From Candidatus Peregrinibacteria bacterium CG10_big_fil_rev_8_21_14_0_10_49_10 (lineage in GTDB: Bacteria > Patescibacteriota > Gracilibacteria > Peribacterales > Peribacteraceae), in assembly GCA_002772545.1 (NCBI GenBank), contig PFDR01000065.1, positions 1-54,327 on the forward strand: DNA of 54,327 nt, in the 5' to 3' direction. The notes under the pieces are model-generated. The model searched no databases. It saw nothing but the letters and a program-made list of their open reading frames with translations, and was not told the origin of the DNA. Every line of letters starts with the position of its first letter. Positions within the stretch are counted from its first letter, which is position 1. Positions 1 to 9,814 of this stretch are shown here, one piece after another. A program made the position numbers and the translations under genes.

Positions 1-3
1 GAA

Positions 4-90
4 ACCCTGTACCGAACGCTCTATAAATTGAGGAGGAACCAATGCACCATTCATTCCCGACCTTACGGTCGGGCGTTCTGGTACACGGGT
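4..90. repeat. Small palindromic element (MITE/REP-like, resembles an IS200/IS605-type end hairpin)
   Basis: Imperfect terminal IR ACCCTGTACCGAACG (4-18) / CGTTCTGGTACACGGGT (74-90) encloses hairpin CCCGACC-TTAC-GGTCGGG (56-73). Confidence 0.45.
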
Positions 91-147
91 AAAAAAAGTC
101 CAATTCCCAATTTCAAAGTTACGCCAAAGTCGCTACCCTACCTCCAA

Positions 148-1047
148 ATGCCATTCATCCAATCTGCCAAATTCTTCTTTGCACTCTCCTCTGCACTTGT
201 TGTAGCAGGGATAGTGCTGTTCTTTATTCCGGGTCCGGTACTCAGCATCGACTTTACGGGAGGAACCCTCATAGAGCTTGACCTGCCGGCAGAAGTGACA
301 AAAGAGGCACTCACTTCTGCTCTTGCAAGTATCCCGGGGGAAACACCACTCGGGAATGTGGCTCTTTCCCGCACCAAAGATGGGAGCGTTCTGCTGCGTA
401 TGCGCGATATAACCAACGAAGAACATGTGGCTCTGATAGCACATCTGGAAGAGGAATTTGGGGCTGTGACCGAACACCAGTTTACGACTATAGGACCCAC
501 CGTCGGTGCATCTCTTAAGAAACGCGCCGTGTGGGCATTGTTCATTGCCTCTGTTGCCATAGTGGTATACATCGCCTTTGCCTTCCGTAAAATTCCACGC
601 AGATTAAGTCCGTGGCGCTTTGGAATTGTTGCTGTTGTCACGCTGTTGCATGACATTATTGGCACTGTGGGAATTTTTGTGATCATGAGCCACTACACAT
701 CTTTTGAGGTAGATACGCTCTTTGTTACGGCATTGCTCACCATTCTTGGCTACTCAGTAAACGATACCATCGTTATTTTTGACCGTATTCGGGATAACCT
801 CGCAAACCAGGAACGGGGAGAGCCTTTCGCAGTCGTCGCAGAACGAAGCCTGAAGGAAAGCATTACCCGCTCCTTCAACACCAGCTTCTCCACGCTCATT
901 ATGCTCTTTGCTCTCTACTTCCTGGGCTCCGAAAGTATCCGCTGGTTCGTGCTCACACTCTGTGTGGGCACCATCATCGGAACATACTCCTCTATCTTTA
1001 TAGCTACACCACTTCTGGTCTACTGGCAGAAGAATCCCCGCGCATGA
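148..1047 (+). CDS. secF: Protein translocase subunit SecF
   Basis: IDFTGGT, IGPTVG, HD..G, GYSVNDTIVIFDRIR and GTYSSIFIA motifs; ATG 148 (MPFIQ) preferred over TTG 28. Confidence 0.95.
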   Translation: MPFIQSAKFFFALSSALVVAGIVLFFIPGPVLSIDFTGGTLIELDLPAEVTKEALTSALASIPGETPLGNVALSRTKDGSVLLRMRDITNEEHVALIAHLEEEFGAVTEHQFTTIGPTVGASLKKRAVWALFIASVAIVVYIAFAFRKIPRRLSPWRFGIVAVVTLLHDIIGTVGIFVIMSHYTSFEVDTLFVTALLTILGYSVNDTIVIFDRIRDNLANQERGEPFAVVAERSLKESITRSFNTSFSTLIMLFALYFLGSESIRWFVLTLCVGTIIGTYSSIFIATPLLVYWQKNPRA

Positions 1048-2324
1048 CCACTCCTTCCACCATTCATCGCGAAGACAACGGACGTATTACCTGCACAGTT
1101 TCTTTCAGTGCAGAAGAAGCTACTTCTTCTGAGGAAAAAGCCCTCCAAAAACTCGGAACCAACGTACAGGTAGACGGCTTCCGGAAGGGCGCAGTACCCG
1201 GTTCCGTGCTCAGGGAGAAAATAGATCCGGCAAAGCTCTTTGAAGAGACGGTTCGGGGTTTACTCCCGGGTGCATTCACGTCGCTGGTACAGGAGCATGA
1301 CATCAAGCCGGTTATTTCACCCAAAGTGGAAATTACCGGAGAATCCCCCATTACCATTAAAGTAACTTTTGTAGAACGACCAAAGGTAAAAATAAAAGGT
1401 GCATCGAAAATCTCCGTGAAGATGCAGAAACCCATAGTGGAAGAAAAAGATCTCGAACAGATGATTGGCTACATGCTCAAACAACATCAAACGAGCAAGC
1501 CGGTCGACCGACCTGCGCAGGAAGGAGACAGAATCACTATGGATTTCTGGGGAGAGGCAGCAAACGGCAAAGAGATAGAAAGTATACGCACGAACGGTCA
1601 TCAGGTTGTTGTTGGCAGTAAGGTATTACTACCCGGTTTCGAAGAGCAACTCAAAGGCCTGAAAAAAGGTGCATCAAAAGACTTTACACTCCCCTTCCCC
1701 GAAAAACATCAGTCCGAAGAACTCCGCGGGAAGCCGGTAACATTCCATGTCATTGTAAAAGCAGTGGAGGAACTTTCTACCCCCGAGCTGACCGATGCAT
1801 TTGTACAGAAACAGATGCAGACAGATTCTGTCGACGCATTCAAAAAACAGGTGAGAGAATCCATGGAAGCACAGGAAGAATCCATGTTGCGCAGAAAAAC
1901 CGAAGAAGAAGCCTTTGAAAAAATCCGTGAAGCAACCAAGGTAGATATTGTTCCCGAATTCATCGAAGATGAAAAGCAATCGCTCTTTGAAGAGCTGGCA
2001 AAGCAACTGGATCGCCAAAAAATGAGTTTTCCGGACTGGTTAACACAAACCGGAAAAAAACCGGAAGAGGTAGAGAAGGATCTGGAAGAACAGGCAGAGA
2101 AGAGGATAACACTACGACTTGGCATCTCTGCGCTTATGGAAGAGAAAGAGATTGATGTAACGGACGATGAAATGAAAAAAGTAGTGGAAGCTCTCGTGTC
2201 GCCCCTTTCTGTGGAGGAACGCCTCAAGATTGCACCAAACTACGCCAAAGGAGAACAAGCCTACGAACAACTGAAGTGGCAGAAGAAGGTAGAGAAGTTG
2301 TTGGATTCGATTACTAGAAACTAG
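1044..2324 (+). CDS. tig: Trigger factor
   Basis: VDGFRKGAVP ribosome-binding motif, FKBP domain (LPGFEEQL), C-terminal helical domain; ATGA overlap with secF. Confidence 0.95.
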   Translation: MTTPSTIHREDNGRITCTVSFSAEEATSSEEKALQKLGTNVQVDGFRKGAVPGSVLREKIDPAKLFEETVRGLLPGAFTSLVQEHDIKPVISPKVEITGESPITIKVTFVERPKVKIKGASKISVKMQKPIVEEKDLEQMIGYMLKQHQTSKPVDRPAQEGDRITMDFWGEAANGKEIESIRTNGHQVVVGSKVLLPGFEEQLKGLKKGASKDFTLPFPEKHQSEELRGKPVTFHVIVKAVEELSTPELTDAFVQKQMQTDSVDAFKKQVRESMEAQEESMLRRKTEEEAFEKIREATKVDIVPEFIEDEKQSLFEELAKQLDRQKMSFPDWLTQTGKKPEEVEKDLEEQAEKRITLRLGISALMEEKEIDVTDDEMKKVVEALVSPLSVEERLKIAPNYAKGEQAYEQLKWQKKVEKLLDSITRN

Positions 2325-2457
2325 GAATTCAGTTTTGCATCTTTTATCTCTTGGGATTTTCTCATAGCTAAGAGCTAAGAGCTTTAAGTTCTAAGTTTTT
2401 GCAGGTATCTAAGGAACAAGGAAATGAAGTTCTTAAATCCTAATTTCTAGTTTCTAG
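2314..2457. repeat. Inverted heptamer-repeat pair with no enclosed gene
   Basis: CTAGAAACTAG (2314-2324) / CTAGTTTCTAG (2447-2457), an 11-bp perfect IR; internal (CTAAGAG)2 at 2368-2381; the arms contain the tig and rel stop codons. Confidence 0.6.
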
Positions 2458-4364
2458 GAAGAGGGCCACCACACGCGAATGAGTCGTTCCGGGTTGGCAT
2501 TTCCTATCATGCCGCAATCTTTGCGATGCACAACCACCACACCGGCACGCCCTACGACTCCCATGAGTGGACCATGAGGCCATTCATTGGGTTCGCAGCA
2601 CTTGGCTGTACGGGTAGGAAGAGGAACACTCCCTTCTACTTCAAACTGCCATTTTTGTGTCTGAGATTTTGGTAAGGAAGCTGTGTGCTGCTGCACAACA
2701 CGTTTTTCGGGCAGAACATCATTCAGGGCTTCCAGACGCTGCAGCATTGGCAGAATACGCTCGGATCGTTGCCCTATTTTCATAAGGAGATCTTCCCGCT
2801 CAGCCATACTCAGCACTTTGCCATCACATATACGCAGAAGAGATAGATCTGTATCTAACAATGGCAACTCAAGCTTCTTCAGTTCTTCATTCACCATCTC
2901 CCTGCCCTCGGTTACATAGTGAGGTCTGTTCTGTGCGTACAGGTACCGCTTGAGCTTGGAACGCGAAGAAGCCATCTTCAGCAACTGCATCCAGTGAGAA
3001 GATGGCTGCGGGTGCTTATTTTTTAGTACATCCACAATATCACCGTTCTCCAATATGTAGTCGAGCGAAACAATGCTCCCGTTCACCGTAGCACTCTTAA
3101 AGGAGAGACCAAGATCGGTATGTAACTGGAAGGCAAAATCCAAAGGCGTAGCACCCTTGGGCAGTTCCACAAGATCGCCTCGCGGTGTGAGTACATAAAT
3201 GTGATCTGCGAGGGCATCGGACTCCCCCTCCTCCTCCAGTGGCTGCTGCAGCGAAAGCATACTGCGCAACTGCACTTGCTGGAGTGCATGCGCAGCAGAA
3301 CCACGCTCTTTATACATCCAGTGGGCGGCCACCCCATACTCCGCATCGTGGTGCATAGCCTGAGTACGCACTTGCACCTCCACGCACAGTGACTCATCTT
3401 CCATCCCCGGCAAATGCATCAGCGTGGTATGGAGACTGCGGTATCCGTTGGGTTTAGGGAAAGCAATATAGTCTTTAAACCTGTTCGCTACAGGTTTTCC
3501 TATTTTGTGCAGAAGTCCGAGCACCTGGTAACACTCGGATTCTGTCTGGACAATAACGCGTATGGCAAAGAGGTCGTAGAGTTGCTGCACATGCGTGGCT
3601 TCCTTCTGCTGCATTTTACGGAAGATGCTGTAGATCTTCTTGTCACGCATCTCAATGGAAACAGAAACACCCGCTCCCTGCAGATAGTCTTTGAGTCGTG
3701 CGGCAGCATCATCCAGGAAGAGACCATAGCGGTTTCGCAGTTGCTGCAGCTGCTCCGTAAGGCGCTCAGCATCATTGGGGTACACAATGGGAAACGCACC
3801 GTGCTCCAACTTGTAGCGGAGTTTATACATACCGAGCCTGGCTGCAACAGGCGCAAAAAGCTGAAGCACATCCTGTGCCGTTTGCCGTCGCTCCGGTGTG
3901 GAAAGCTGAGGCAGACACTCCAGTAAAAACGCACGATCACACAGTATAAGGAGTACCGTTCGAATGTCGTCGGAAACGGTAAGGAGTATGAGACGCAAAT
4001 CTTCTACGGATCTGCGCTTATCACGCAATGTCACGTGGGAAAGGAGATGTGCACCGCTCACGAGCTCCCGCGTTTTGGCCCCGTATGTCTCTTCCAGTTC
4101 TGTGAGCATGCACCCCTTGCAATCCAGCATATGCTGAAGCAGACAGGCAACAATGGCTTCCTCATCGGGCTGAAACGGGAGAAGAATATTCAGAACTCCA
4201 ATGGCATAGTCCATGAGAGGAATACCGGTCCAGTGGGTCTTACCCTCGTACTCCTGCTCGGCATGCCTCCAGGCAGTGGCAATCCTCTTGGTATTGCAGG
4301 GAATATCTGCTGACTCTATCCGCTTCACAAGAAGATCGCATGTGTTGACCACGGGAATGTTCAT
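2454..4364 (-). CDS. relA: RelA/SpoT (p)ppGpp synthetase with degenerate HD domain and TGS domain
   Basis: APVAARLG, KPNGYRSLHT, EVQVRT, AEYGVAAHW, TGS (LPKGATPLDFAF), AKCC zinc motif; start 4364 or 4391. Confidence 0.9.
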   Translation of the reverse strand: MNIPVVNTCDLLVKRIESADIPCNTKRIATAWRHAEQEYEGKTHWTGIPLMDYAIGVLNILLPFQPDEEAIVACLLQHMLDCKGCMLTELEETYGAKTRELVSGAHLLSHVTLRDKRRSVEDLRLILLTVSDDIRTVLLILCDRAFLLECLPQLSTPERRQTAQDVLQLFAPVAARLGMYKLRYKLEHGAFPIVYPNDAERLTEQLQQLRNRYGLFLDDAAARLKDYLQGAGVSVSIEMRDKKIYSIFRKMQQKEATHVQQLYDLFAIRVIVQTESECYQVLGLLHKIGKPVANRFKDYIAFPKPNGYRSLHTTLMHLPGMEDESLCVEVQVRTQAMHHDAEYGVAAHWMYKERGSAAHALQQVQLRSMLSLQQPLEEEGESDALADHIYVLTPRGDLVELPKGATPLDFAFQLHTDLGLSFKSATVNGSIVSLDYILENGDIVDVLKNKHPQPSSHWMQLLKMASSRSKLKRYLYAQNRPHYVTEGREMVNEELKKLELPLLDTDLSLLRICDGKVLSMAEREDLLMKIGQRSERILPMLQRLEALNDVLPEKRVVQQHTASLPKSQTQKWQFEVEGSVPLPTRTAKCCEPNEWPHGPLMGVVGRAGVVVVHRKDCGMIGNANPERLIRVWWPSS

Positions 4365-4454
4365 AGGGAGAGATTTAGAAGTATAGCACATCTTCGTGAT
4401 GAAAAACTAGAAACGAAGAATTCTGAAGCTTATCATAAAATCTCAACGGGATTC

Positions 4455-4482
4455 TTGACACACGAAACCCCTCGAATACAAT
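4455..4482 (+). promoter_or_regulatory. sigma70 promoter of rplJL
   Basis: TTGACA-16 bp-TACAAT. Confidence 0.75.
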
Positions 4483-4490
4483 AGTGACTA

Positions 4491-4632
4491 CCGTCCGAAG
4501 ACCGAGGGCATTAGGCTGATGGCCGAAGGTAAGCCCCTCCGAGGCACACAGCATCGCTCACTCGGCTCTTGCTTAGTGCGTCGTGTCGTTTGCCTCGCTG
4601 GTCTCCCGGATGGGAGACTGGCTTTATTTTTT
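4491..4632 (+). ncRNA. Ribosomal protein L10 leader with attenuator hairpin
   Basis: CCGAAGACCG...GG start typical of L10 leaders, directly upstream of rplJ; stem GCTGGTCTCCC/GGGAGACTGGC (4597-4622) followed by a U-rich run. Confidence 0.75.
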
Positions 4633-4654
4633 GCAAGGATTACTCCACTGAACT

Positions 4655-5365
4655 ATGGCACTTACCAAGGACCAGAAACAGGCACAAGTGAAGGAGCTCA
4701 CCGAAAAGATGAATTCTGCTTCCTCCATTATCCTTGCACACTACATTGGACTCAGCGTGAGTGAAGTAAGTGAACTGCGCAAAAAGTTGCGCGAAAACGA
4801 TGCGGAAATGAAAGTGGGAAAGAAAACGCTTATGCATATAGCCGCAAAGGAGGCAGGCCTCCCGGAATTTGATGAAAAAAACATGGAAGGGCCCGTTTCT
4901 CTCATTTTCAGTTTTGGTGATCCCCTCTCGGGCGCTCAGGTGGCCTTTAAGTTCGCGAAAGACCACGACAAGGTCAAACTGCTTGGCGGACTCTACGACG
5001 GCAAAGTGCTTACAAAGGAAGAGGCAGTGGCGCTGGCACAAATGCCAAGTCGCGACGTCCTTCTTGCAACATTCGTGTGTATGATTCGTTCTCCACTCGT
5101 GAGCTTTGCCGGCATATGTAACTCCCCGCTTTCCGGTTTTGCCCGTGCCCTAAAGGAATTGGCGGAAAAGGGAGGTGTGCACCCTGCAGGGGAAAGTGCT
5201 CCGGCAGAAACTGCAGAAGCAGAAAAGCCAACCGAGAGCGCTGCCCCAGCCGAAGCAGCCACGGAAGCAACCGTCGCTCCTGCTTCCACCCAAGAAGAAC
5301 CCAACGAGTCTGCGGAGGAAAACGCTCCTGACGCAGGTGCTCCCGAACCTACAGCAAACGCGTAA
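4655..5365 (+). CDS. rplJ: 50S ribosomal protein L10 with Ala/Glu/Pro-rich C-terminal tail
   Basis: YIGLSV..LR..LR, VGKKTL, LA.MPSR motifs; upstream of rplL. Confidence 0.95.
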   Translation: MALTKDQKQAQVKELTEKMNSASSIILAHYIGLSVSEVSELRKKLRENDAEMKVGKKTLMHIAAKEAGLPEFDEKNMEGPVSLIFSFGDPLSGAQVAFKFAKDHDKVKLLGGLYDGKVLTKEEAVALAQMPSRDVLLATFVCMIRSPLVSFAGICNSPLSGFARALKELAEKGGVHPAGESAPAETAEAEKPTESAAPAEAATEATVAPASTQEEPNESAEENAPDAGAPEPTANA

Positions 5366-5391
5366 TTTTATTTTATTTTCCCATTATTCCC

Positions 5392-5817
5392 ATGTCCGAT
5401 GATACAGCAACTGCAGAGGCTGAGGCGGTAAAACTCTCCAAAGAAGAGAAGGCCGTCATCGACGCTCTGGAAAAACTCAACGTTGTACAACTGAACAATG
5501 TCGTCAAATTCATGGAATCTGAGTACGGCATTTCTGCTGCTGCTCCGGTAGCCGTGGCTGCTGCTCCCGCTGCAGGTGGCGGTGACGAAGGCGGAGCTGC
5601 AGAAAAGAGCAGCTACGACATAGAACTCACGGAAGCCGGCGGCCAGAAGATTGCCGTTATTAAGGTCGTACGTGAAATCACTGGTCTCCCACTTGGTGAA
5701 GCCAAAGCAGCCGTAGATAATGCTCCCAAGGTAGTAAAGGAAGGTGTGCCAAAGGAAGAAGCAGAAACAATGAAGAAGAAGCTGGAAGAAGCCGGAGCCA
5801 AAGTGACTCTGAAATAA
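5392..5817 (+). CDS. rplL: 50S ribosomal protein L7/L12
   Basis: Ala-rich hinge, [30 protein letters not shown]. Confidence 0.97.
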   Translation: MSDDTATAEAEAVKLSKEEKAVIDALEKLNVVQLNNVVKFMESEYGISAAAPVAVAAAPAAGGGDEGGAAEKSSYDIELTEAGGQKIAVIKVVREITGLPLGEAKAAVDNAPKVVKEGVPKEEAETMKKKLEEAGAKVTLK

Positions 5818-5841
5818 GACAGAAGATGATGCATCGCTTCT

Positions 5842-5869
5842 AGAGCCCGGGCCTAAGCCCGGGCTTTTT
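5842..5869 (+). terminator. Intrinsic terminator of rplJL
   Basis: AGCCCGGGC-CTAA-GCCCGGGCT followed by TTTT. Confidence 0.85.
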
Positions 5870-6037
5870 GTAACATCCCATGCGCATGACTGAAGAGTTC
5901 CATAAAAATCTGCAGAGTAATTGACTTTTATTAAAATTTATTCTTTAATATGTATATTGGAATGACCTTACTAAGAGCGTAGTGCTCTTGGGTCTCCAGT
6001 GTTCGTTCGTTGATGGAATTCAAAAAGGAGAACCAGA

Positions 6038-6364
6038 ATGAAAACCATCACTGTTTGTTACATCACGCTCATTCTCACCGCCACGACTTGTTTGGCTGAC
6101 AACACTGTCAAAACGTCCGGAATCGATCTGTGGACTCAACCACAGCTTGAATTTATGGACTTTTCTCCGGTCAGATCTACAAAGGAAACATCCCGAATGG
6201 GGGATGAAAAAACACCGGGAATTATCCGGTTCTATTTTTTCCTCGATAGATATGATTTGCCTGGTAAGCGGCTTCTACGGCATGTTGAGTTGAACCTTCA
6301 CTCAGATGAAGAGGGTACCCATGTCGTGATCTTTGAATGGGTGGTACGCGTAGGCCGACGGTGA
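6038..6364 (+). CDS. Hypothetical secreted protein
   Basis: Signal-peptide-like N-terminus, AAAGGAG SD, AT-rich promoter region upstream and terminator downstream. Confidence 0.65.
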   Translation: MKTITVCYITLILTATTCLADNTVKTSGIDLWTQPQLEFMDFSPVRSTKETSRMGDEKTPGIIRFYFFLDRYDLPGKRLLRHVELNLHSDEEGTHVVIFEWVVRVGRR

Positions 6365-6384
6365 AAAGAGATGGAACGAATAGT

Positions 6385-6416
6385 TCACCCCTGCTGAAGA
6401 GCAGGGGTGATTTTTT
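6385..6416 (+). terminator. Intrinsic terminator
   Basis: TCACCCCTGCT-GAAG-AGCAGGGGTGA followed by TTTTTT. Confidence 0.85.
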
Positions 6417-6478
6417 CATTTTATCTGAATCCCTCACAATTGAGAATTTCTGTCAATTTTGGTACAATAGGAGACGAC

Positions 6479-6691
6479 ATGAAGAACATAACTCGCTCCC
6501 CCTGGTTTACCGTCTCACTCATTATTGTGGGTGTGATTCTGGGGTACAGCATTGTACTGGTACAGAATGAAGGAGCTCTGGCTGCCTGGTCATGCCCTGC
6601 AAAAGAACACTGCAGGAACGGAAACTGCAAACAGAACGCCGCATGTGCATCGGGTGAGTGCAGCACGGACTGCCCGGGGAACTGCCATTAG
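6479..6691 (+). CDS. Small membrane-anchored Cys-rich protein
   Basis: One TM helix followed by a tail with 7 Cys in 32 aa (CPAKEHCRNGNCKQNAACASGECSTDCPGNCH). Confidence 0.65.
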   Translation: MKNITRSPWFTVSLIIVGVILGYSIVLVQNEGALAAWSCPAKEHCRNGNCKQNAACASGECSTDCPGNCH

Positions 6692-6727
6692 GGACTCAGT
6701 GCAAATCATTTGGTATACTGCCACCCT

Positions 6728-7156
6728 ATGAAGACAAGTTTTTTGAAATCCACAGTTTTCTGGAAATGGACTGCGCTCACAGCTCTGTTGTGCGGCTTTT
6801 TCTTTGCGTGGGAACTGGGCATGTTTCCAGCTCTCCCCTCTTTACCACGCCCACCGGTAACACAAAACGAGATCCTCTATAGCATTGCTATTGCTGTTTT
6901 GATCTCATTCAACGCAGGATTGCTCGGCTGGAAAAAAGCAACAGGCACCTGCCCTGTTGGTTCCAAAAGAGCGGCAGAGATGGGTGGTGTACTGGGTGCA
7001 GCTGCTCTCCTCTGCCCCGTCTGTCTCATTGCACCCCTTACACTCTTTGGGGTGAGCATCAGTTTGAGTATCCTCGGACCATTTTTGCCCTTACTCAGAG
7101 TTATTGCCCTGGTTCTGCTGATCGCAAGCGGTTGGATGGTGCTTGTGCGTCCATAG
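6728..7156 (+). CDS. Hypothetical 4-TM membrane protein with CPVG/CPVC motifs
   Basis: Hydrophobic helices and an intramembrane CxxC. Confidence 0.7.
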   Translation: MKTSFLKSTVFWKWTALTALLCGFFFAWELGMFPALPSLPRPPVTQNEILYSIAIAVLISFNAGLLGWKKATGTCPVGSKRAAEMGGVLGAAALLCPVCLIAPLTLFGVSISLSILGPFLPLLRVIALVLLIASGWMVLVRP

Positions 7157-7251
7157 AATGCACATTCCTTGCTATTCTGCTGAGGCTTTTGTGGCAAGCA
7201 AATTCCAATAAACAAATGACTTAGGAGGCTTTTTGCCTTACTCTATTGCCC

Positions 7252-8787
7252 ATGTCCTTCCATGTTCGCCACATAGAAGAAAAGTCCGACACGCCTCCCC
7301 GCTGGCGGAAGCTTGTTATAGGCGCTCTGGAGATTGGGAAGCCACTTATTGGCTGGTACGGCCTGTGGAAAGAACGCAAAGAAAAAGAGCAGCAGAAAAA
7401 GAAACGAGTGATGGTACTCAAACGGTTTCTGCTCATTCTCATTGCAGTTCTTCTGGGCCTTGTACTGTTTGCACAAACTGTAAGAAGCCTGACATCCATT
7501 CACCTGTTTAGCTTTGGAAACATTGCCTCGTTTGCCGGTTCGGAACTTTTACAGAATGAGAACGGTACCATCAACCTGCTCCTTACGGGACAAGGCAACG
7601 AAGAGCACGATGGCAAAGACCTCACAGATACCATCATGGTCGCCAGCATAGACCCCACCCAAACAAAAAGTATTGTGCTTCTCTCACTGCCGCGAGATGT
7701 ATACCTCCTGAGTACTGAGAAAATGGGTAAAGGAAAGATCAACAGCTTCTACAGAGACTACAAGGGCTATCTCCGGTATCAAAAGGGAATGGAGGAGCAG
7801 GAGGCTGCAGTGGAAGCACTCCGGGAAATAGGGAATGAAATAGGAAGAAAACTGGGAATGGAGATCAACTATACGGTCAAAGTAAATTTCACTGCCTTTA
7901 CAGAGGCAGTAGATGCATTGGGGGGTGTGGATATTGTTGTACCGGAAGACATAACGGATACCGAGTACCCGGACGAAAATTTTGGCTATGAAACCTTCAC
8001 GCTGGAGAAGGGACCACAACATTTGGATGGCGCTACTGCGCTCAGGTATGCAAGGTCACGGCACTCCAGTAGCGATTTTTCCCGCTCAGCCAGACAGCAG
8101 CAGCTCCTGGAAGCTATGGGAGAAAAAGCCAGAGGAAGCGGCAAGTTGAAAGATCCGGATTTCATCACTCAGATGATGCACACGCTTTCAGAAAATGTGG
8201 AAACAACCATGTCTGTAAGAGAATTGATTGGTTTGGCAGGTCTGCTGCGCAAGATGGATACGCACCGGGTTGTTTCCTTCCAACTCAATGACCGCAATGC
8301 ACTCTACGACAGTTTCATAGAACCCGGAGGTTTCCTGTACACCCCTCCCCGCTCGCTCTTTGAAAGTATGTCTGTTCTGCTCCCGGTTTCTCGTCCGGAA
8401 TTCCCCGTCACATGGAGGCAGCCACAGGCATTTGTGCACCTACTGCAATCGGCACGGGCCGTGTACCTTGCAAAGCCTACCATCCATATCCTGAATAATG
8501 GCGCGCCGAGCGGATCGGCAGGAAAATTAGCAACCGAGCTCATTCGATACGGTTTCTCTGTGGAAAAAGTTGCCAATGCCTCTCTCCCCAAAAAACAGGA
8601 ACAGTCTGTGCTCTTTGCAGGATCTCCTGAACGTGATGATCTTGCCCTCTTTTTCTCTACACTCCTTGGAATAGATAAGGACGAAAAACCGGTGGAGCTC
8701 CCACAGAACGAAGTGGCCGATATCACCCTTATCCTAGGAGAAGACTACGCGTACACTCCCCTGCAGAATCTCCTTCCCTCCTCTTAG
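7252..8787 (+). CDS. LytR-CpsA-Psr (LCP) family protein with LytR C-terminal domain
   Basis: TDTIMV, LSLPRD, VDALGGV, ALRYARSRH, DFSRSARQQ; C-terminal ILNNG...LILGEDY. Confidence 0.9.
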   Translation: MSFHVRHIEEKSDTPPRWRKLVIGALEIGKPLIGWYGLWKERKEKEQQKKKRVMVLKRFLLILIAVLLGLVLFAQTVRSLTSIHLFSFGNIASFAGSELLQNENGTINLLLTGQGNEEHDGKDLTDTIMVASIDPTQTKSIVLLSLPRDVYLLSTEKMGKGKINSFYRDYKGYLRYQKGMEEQEAAVEALREIGNEIGRKLGMEINYTVKVNFTAFTEAVDALGGVDIVVPEDITDTEYPDENFGYETFTLEKGPQHLDGATALRYARSRHSSSDFSRSARQQQLLEAMGEKARGSGKLKDPDFITQMMHTLSENVETTMSVRELIGLAGLLRKMDTHRVVSFQLNDRNALYDSFIEPGGFLYTPPRSLFESMSVLLPVSRPEFPVTWRQPQAFVHLLQSARAVYLAKPTIHILNNGAPSGSAGKLATELIRYGFSVEKVANASLPKKQEQSVLFAGSPERDDLALFFSTLLGIDKDEKPVELPQNEVADITLILGEDYAYTPLQNLLPSS

Positions 8788-8791
8788 AAGG

Positions 8792-9709
8792 ATGAAACCA
8801 CGAGATGTGATTGCACAGGCATGGGTCATTACCAAAAAAGAGCGCATTCTGCGCAAGTGGGGTTTTGTGGGAGCACTGCTCAGAACCATGTTGAATGCAA
8901 AGCTCTTCCTCTTTCAGGCATGGCTCATTTACTCCTACTTCATTCTGCATAATCCCATTGGATTTTTTACAATTGAACGCACGCTTCTCACAAACCTTCC
9001 CACCTGGCTTGCCGTAAGTATCATTATGTTCTTCTTCTTGCTTCTCTTCATAGAGTGGCTCTTCCCGCACTTTGCCAAAGGCGCAATTATAGGACTGGGT
9101 GCAAAGGCCTACCGGAAGGAGGAAATAAAAGGAGGATTTATTTTGGGTCTGTACAACTTCTTCCCACTCTTTGCGCTGCATGAGATGCTGTTTATAAGTA
9201 CCTGGACGACAGCCATTACCCTCGGTTCGCTTGCTCTACGCTACGGAGCAGGTGCAGGCCCCATTGCCTGCGTGTTTATTATAGCGAGCTGGGCCGTCTC
9301 CAATATTGTGGAATTCTTCTGGGTATTTTCCGAAGAGGCGGTAGTGGTGAAAAAAACAGGCATCAAGGGGGGAATTCGCCAGAGCTTTAAACTTGTGATC
9401 AGTTACTTTGGACATGTGGTGTTTCTTGTGCTCCTTCTCTTTGTTATCGCCCTGCGGATTGTGGTGAACCTGTTCATGGTCATTTTAGTGCCCGCCGTTG
9501 TGCTGGGCCTGGGATTCGTTCTTGCTACCTTCCTACCCCCCGCAGTCAGCTACAGCATTACCACTCTTGCCGGACTGGTACTCATTGCATTTGCCAGCTA
9601 CTTCTTTGCCTACATAGAAGTGTTTCGGCAAACCGTGTGGACCATTACCTACATAGAACTCAGTGCGCTTAAAGAACTCGATGTGATTGAGGATGGAGAA
9701 GAGAAGTAA
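8792..9709 (+). CDS. Hypothetical multi-TM membrane protein
   Basis: Long ORF with about 6 hydrophobic segments, 4 bp after the LCP gene. Confidence 0.75.
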   Translation: MKPRDVIAQAWVITKKERILRKWGFVGALLRTMLNAKLFLFQAWLIYSYFILHNPIGFFTIERTLLTNLPTWLAVSIIMFFFLLLFIEWLFPHFAKGAIIGLGAKAYRKEEIKGGFILGLYNFFPLFALHEMLFISTWTTAITLGSLALRYGAGAGPIACVFIIASWAVSNIVEFFWVFSEEAVVVKKTGIKGGIRQSFKLVISYFGHVVFLVLLLFVIALRIVVNLFMVILVPAVVLGLGFVLATFLPPAVSYSITTLAGLVLIAFASYFFAYIEVFRQTVWTITYIELSALKELDVIEDGEEK

Positions 9710-9757
9710 TACGTTTCAGCTCATGCTGCCAAATATCCGAAGTGGTATGTAACAGTC

Positions 9758-9803
9758 TTGACCGTGCACAATCGTACACCTACTATGGTGGACGATTGTC
9801 CCC
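9758..9803 (+). promoter_or_regulatory. lexA promoter with two candidate LexA operators
   Basis: TTGACC-17-TACTAT; palindromes GTGCAC-AATC-GTACAC (9764-9779) and GTGGAC-GATT-GTCCCC (9788-9803) flank the -10. Confidence 0.75.
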
Positions 9804-9814
9804 CTTGCATACCT

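Noticed and set aside
4402-4430. AAACTAGAAAC upstream of relA as a partner arm enclosing relA
   Set aside because: Only about 10 bp match, and the 2447-2457 arm already has a better, closer partner at 2314-2324.
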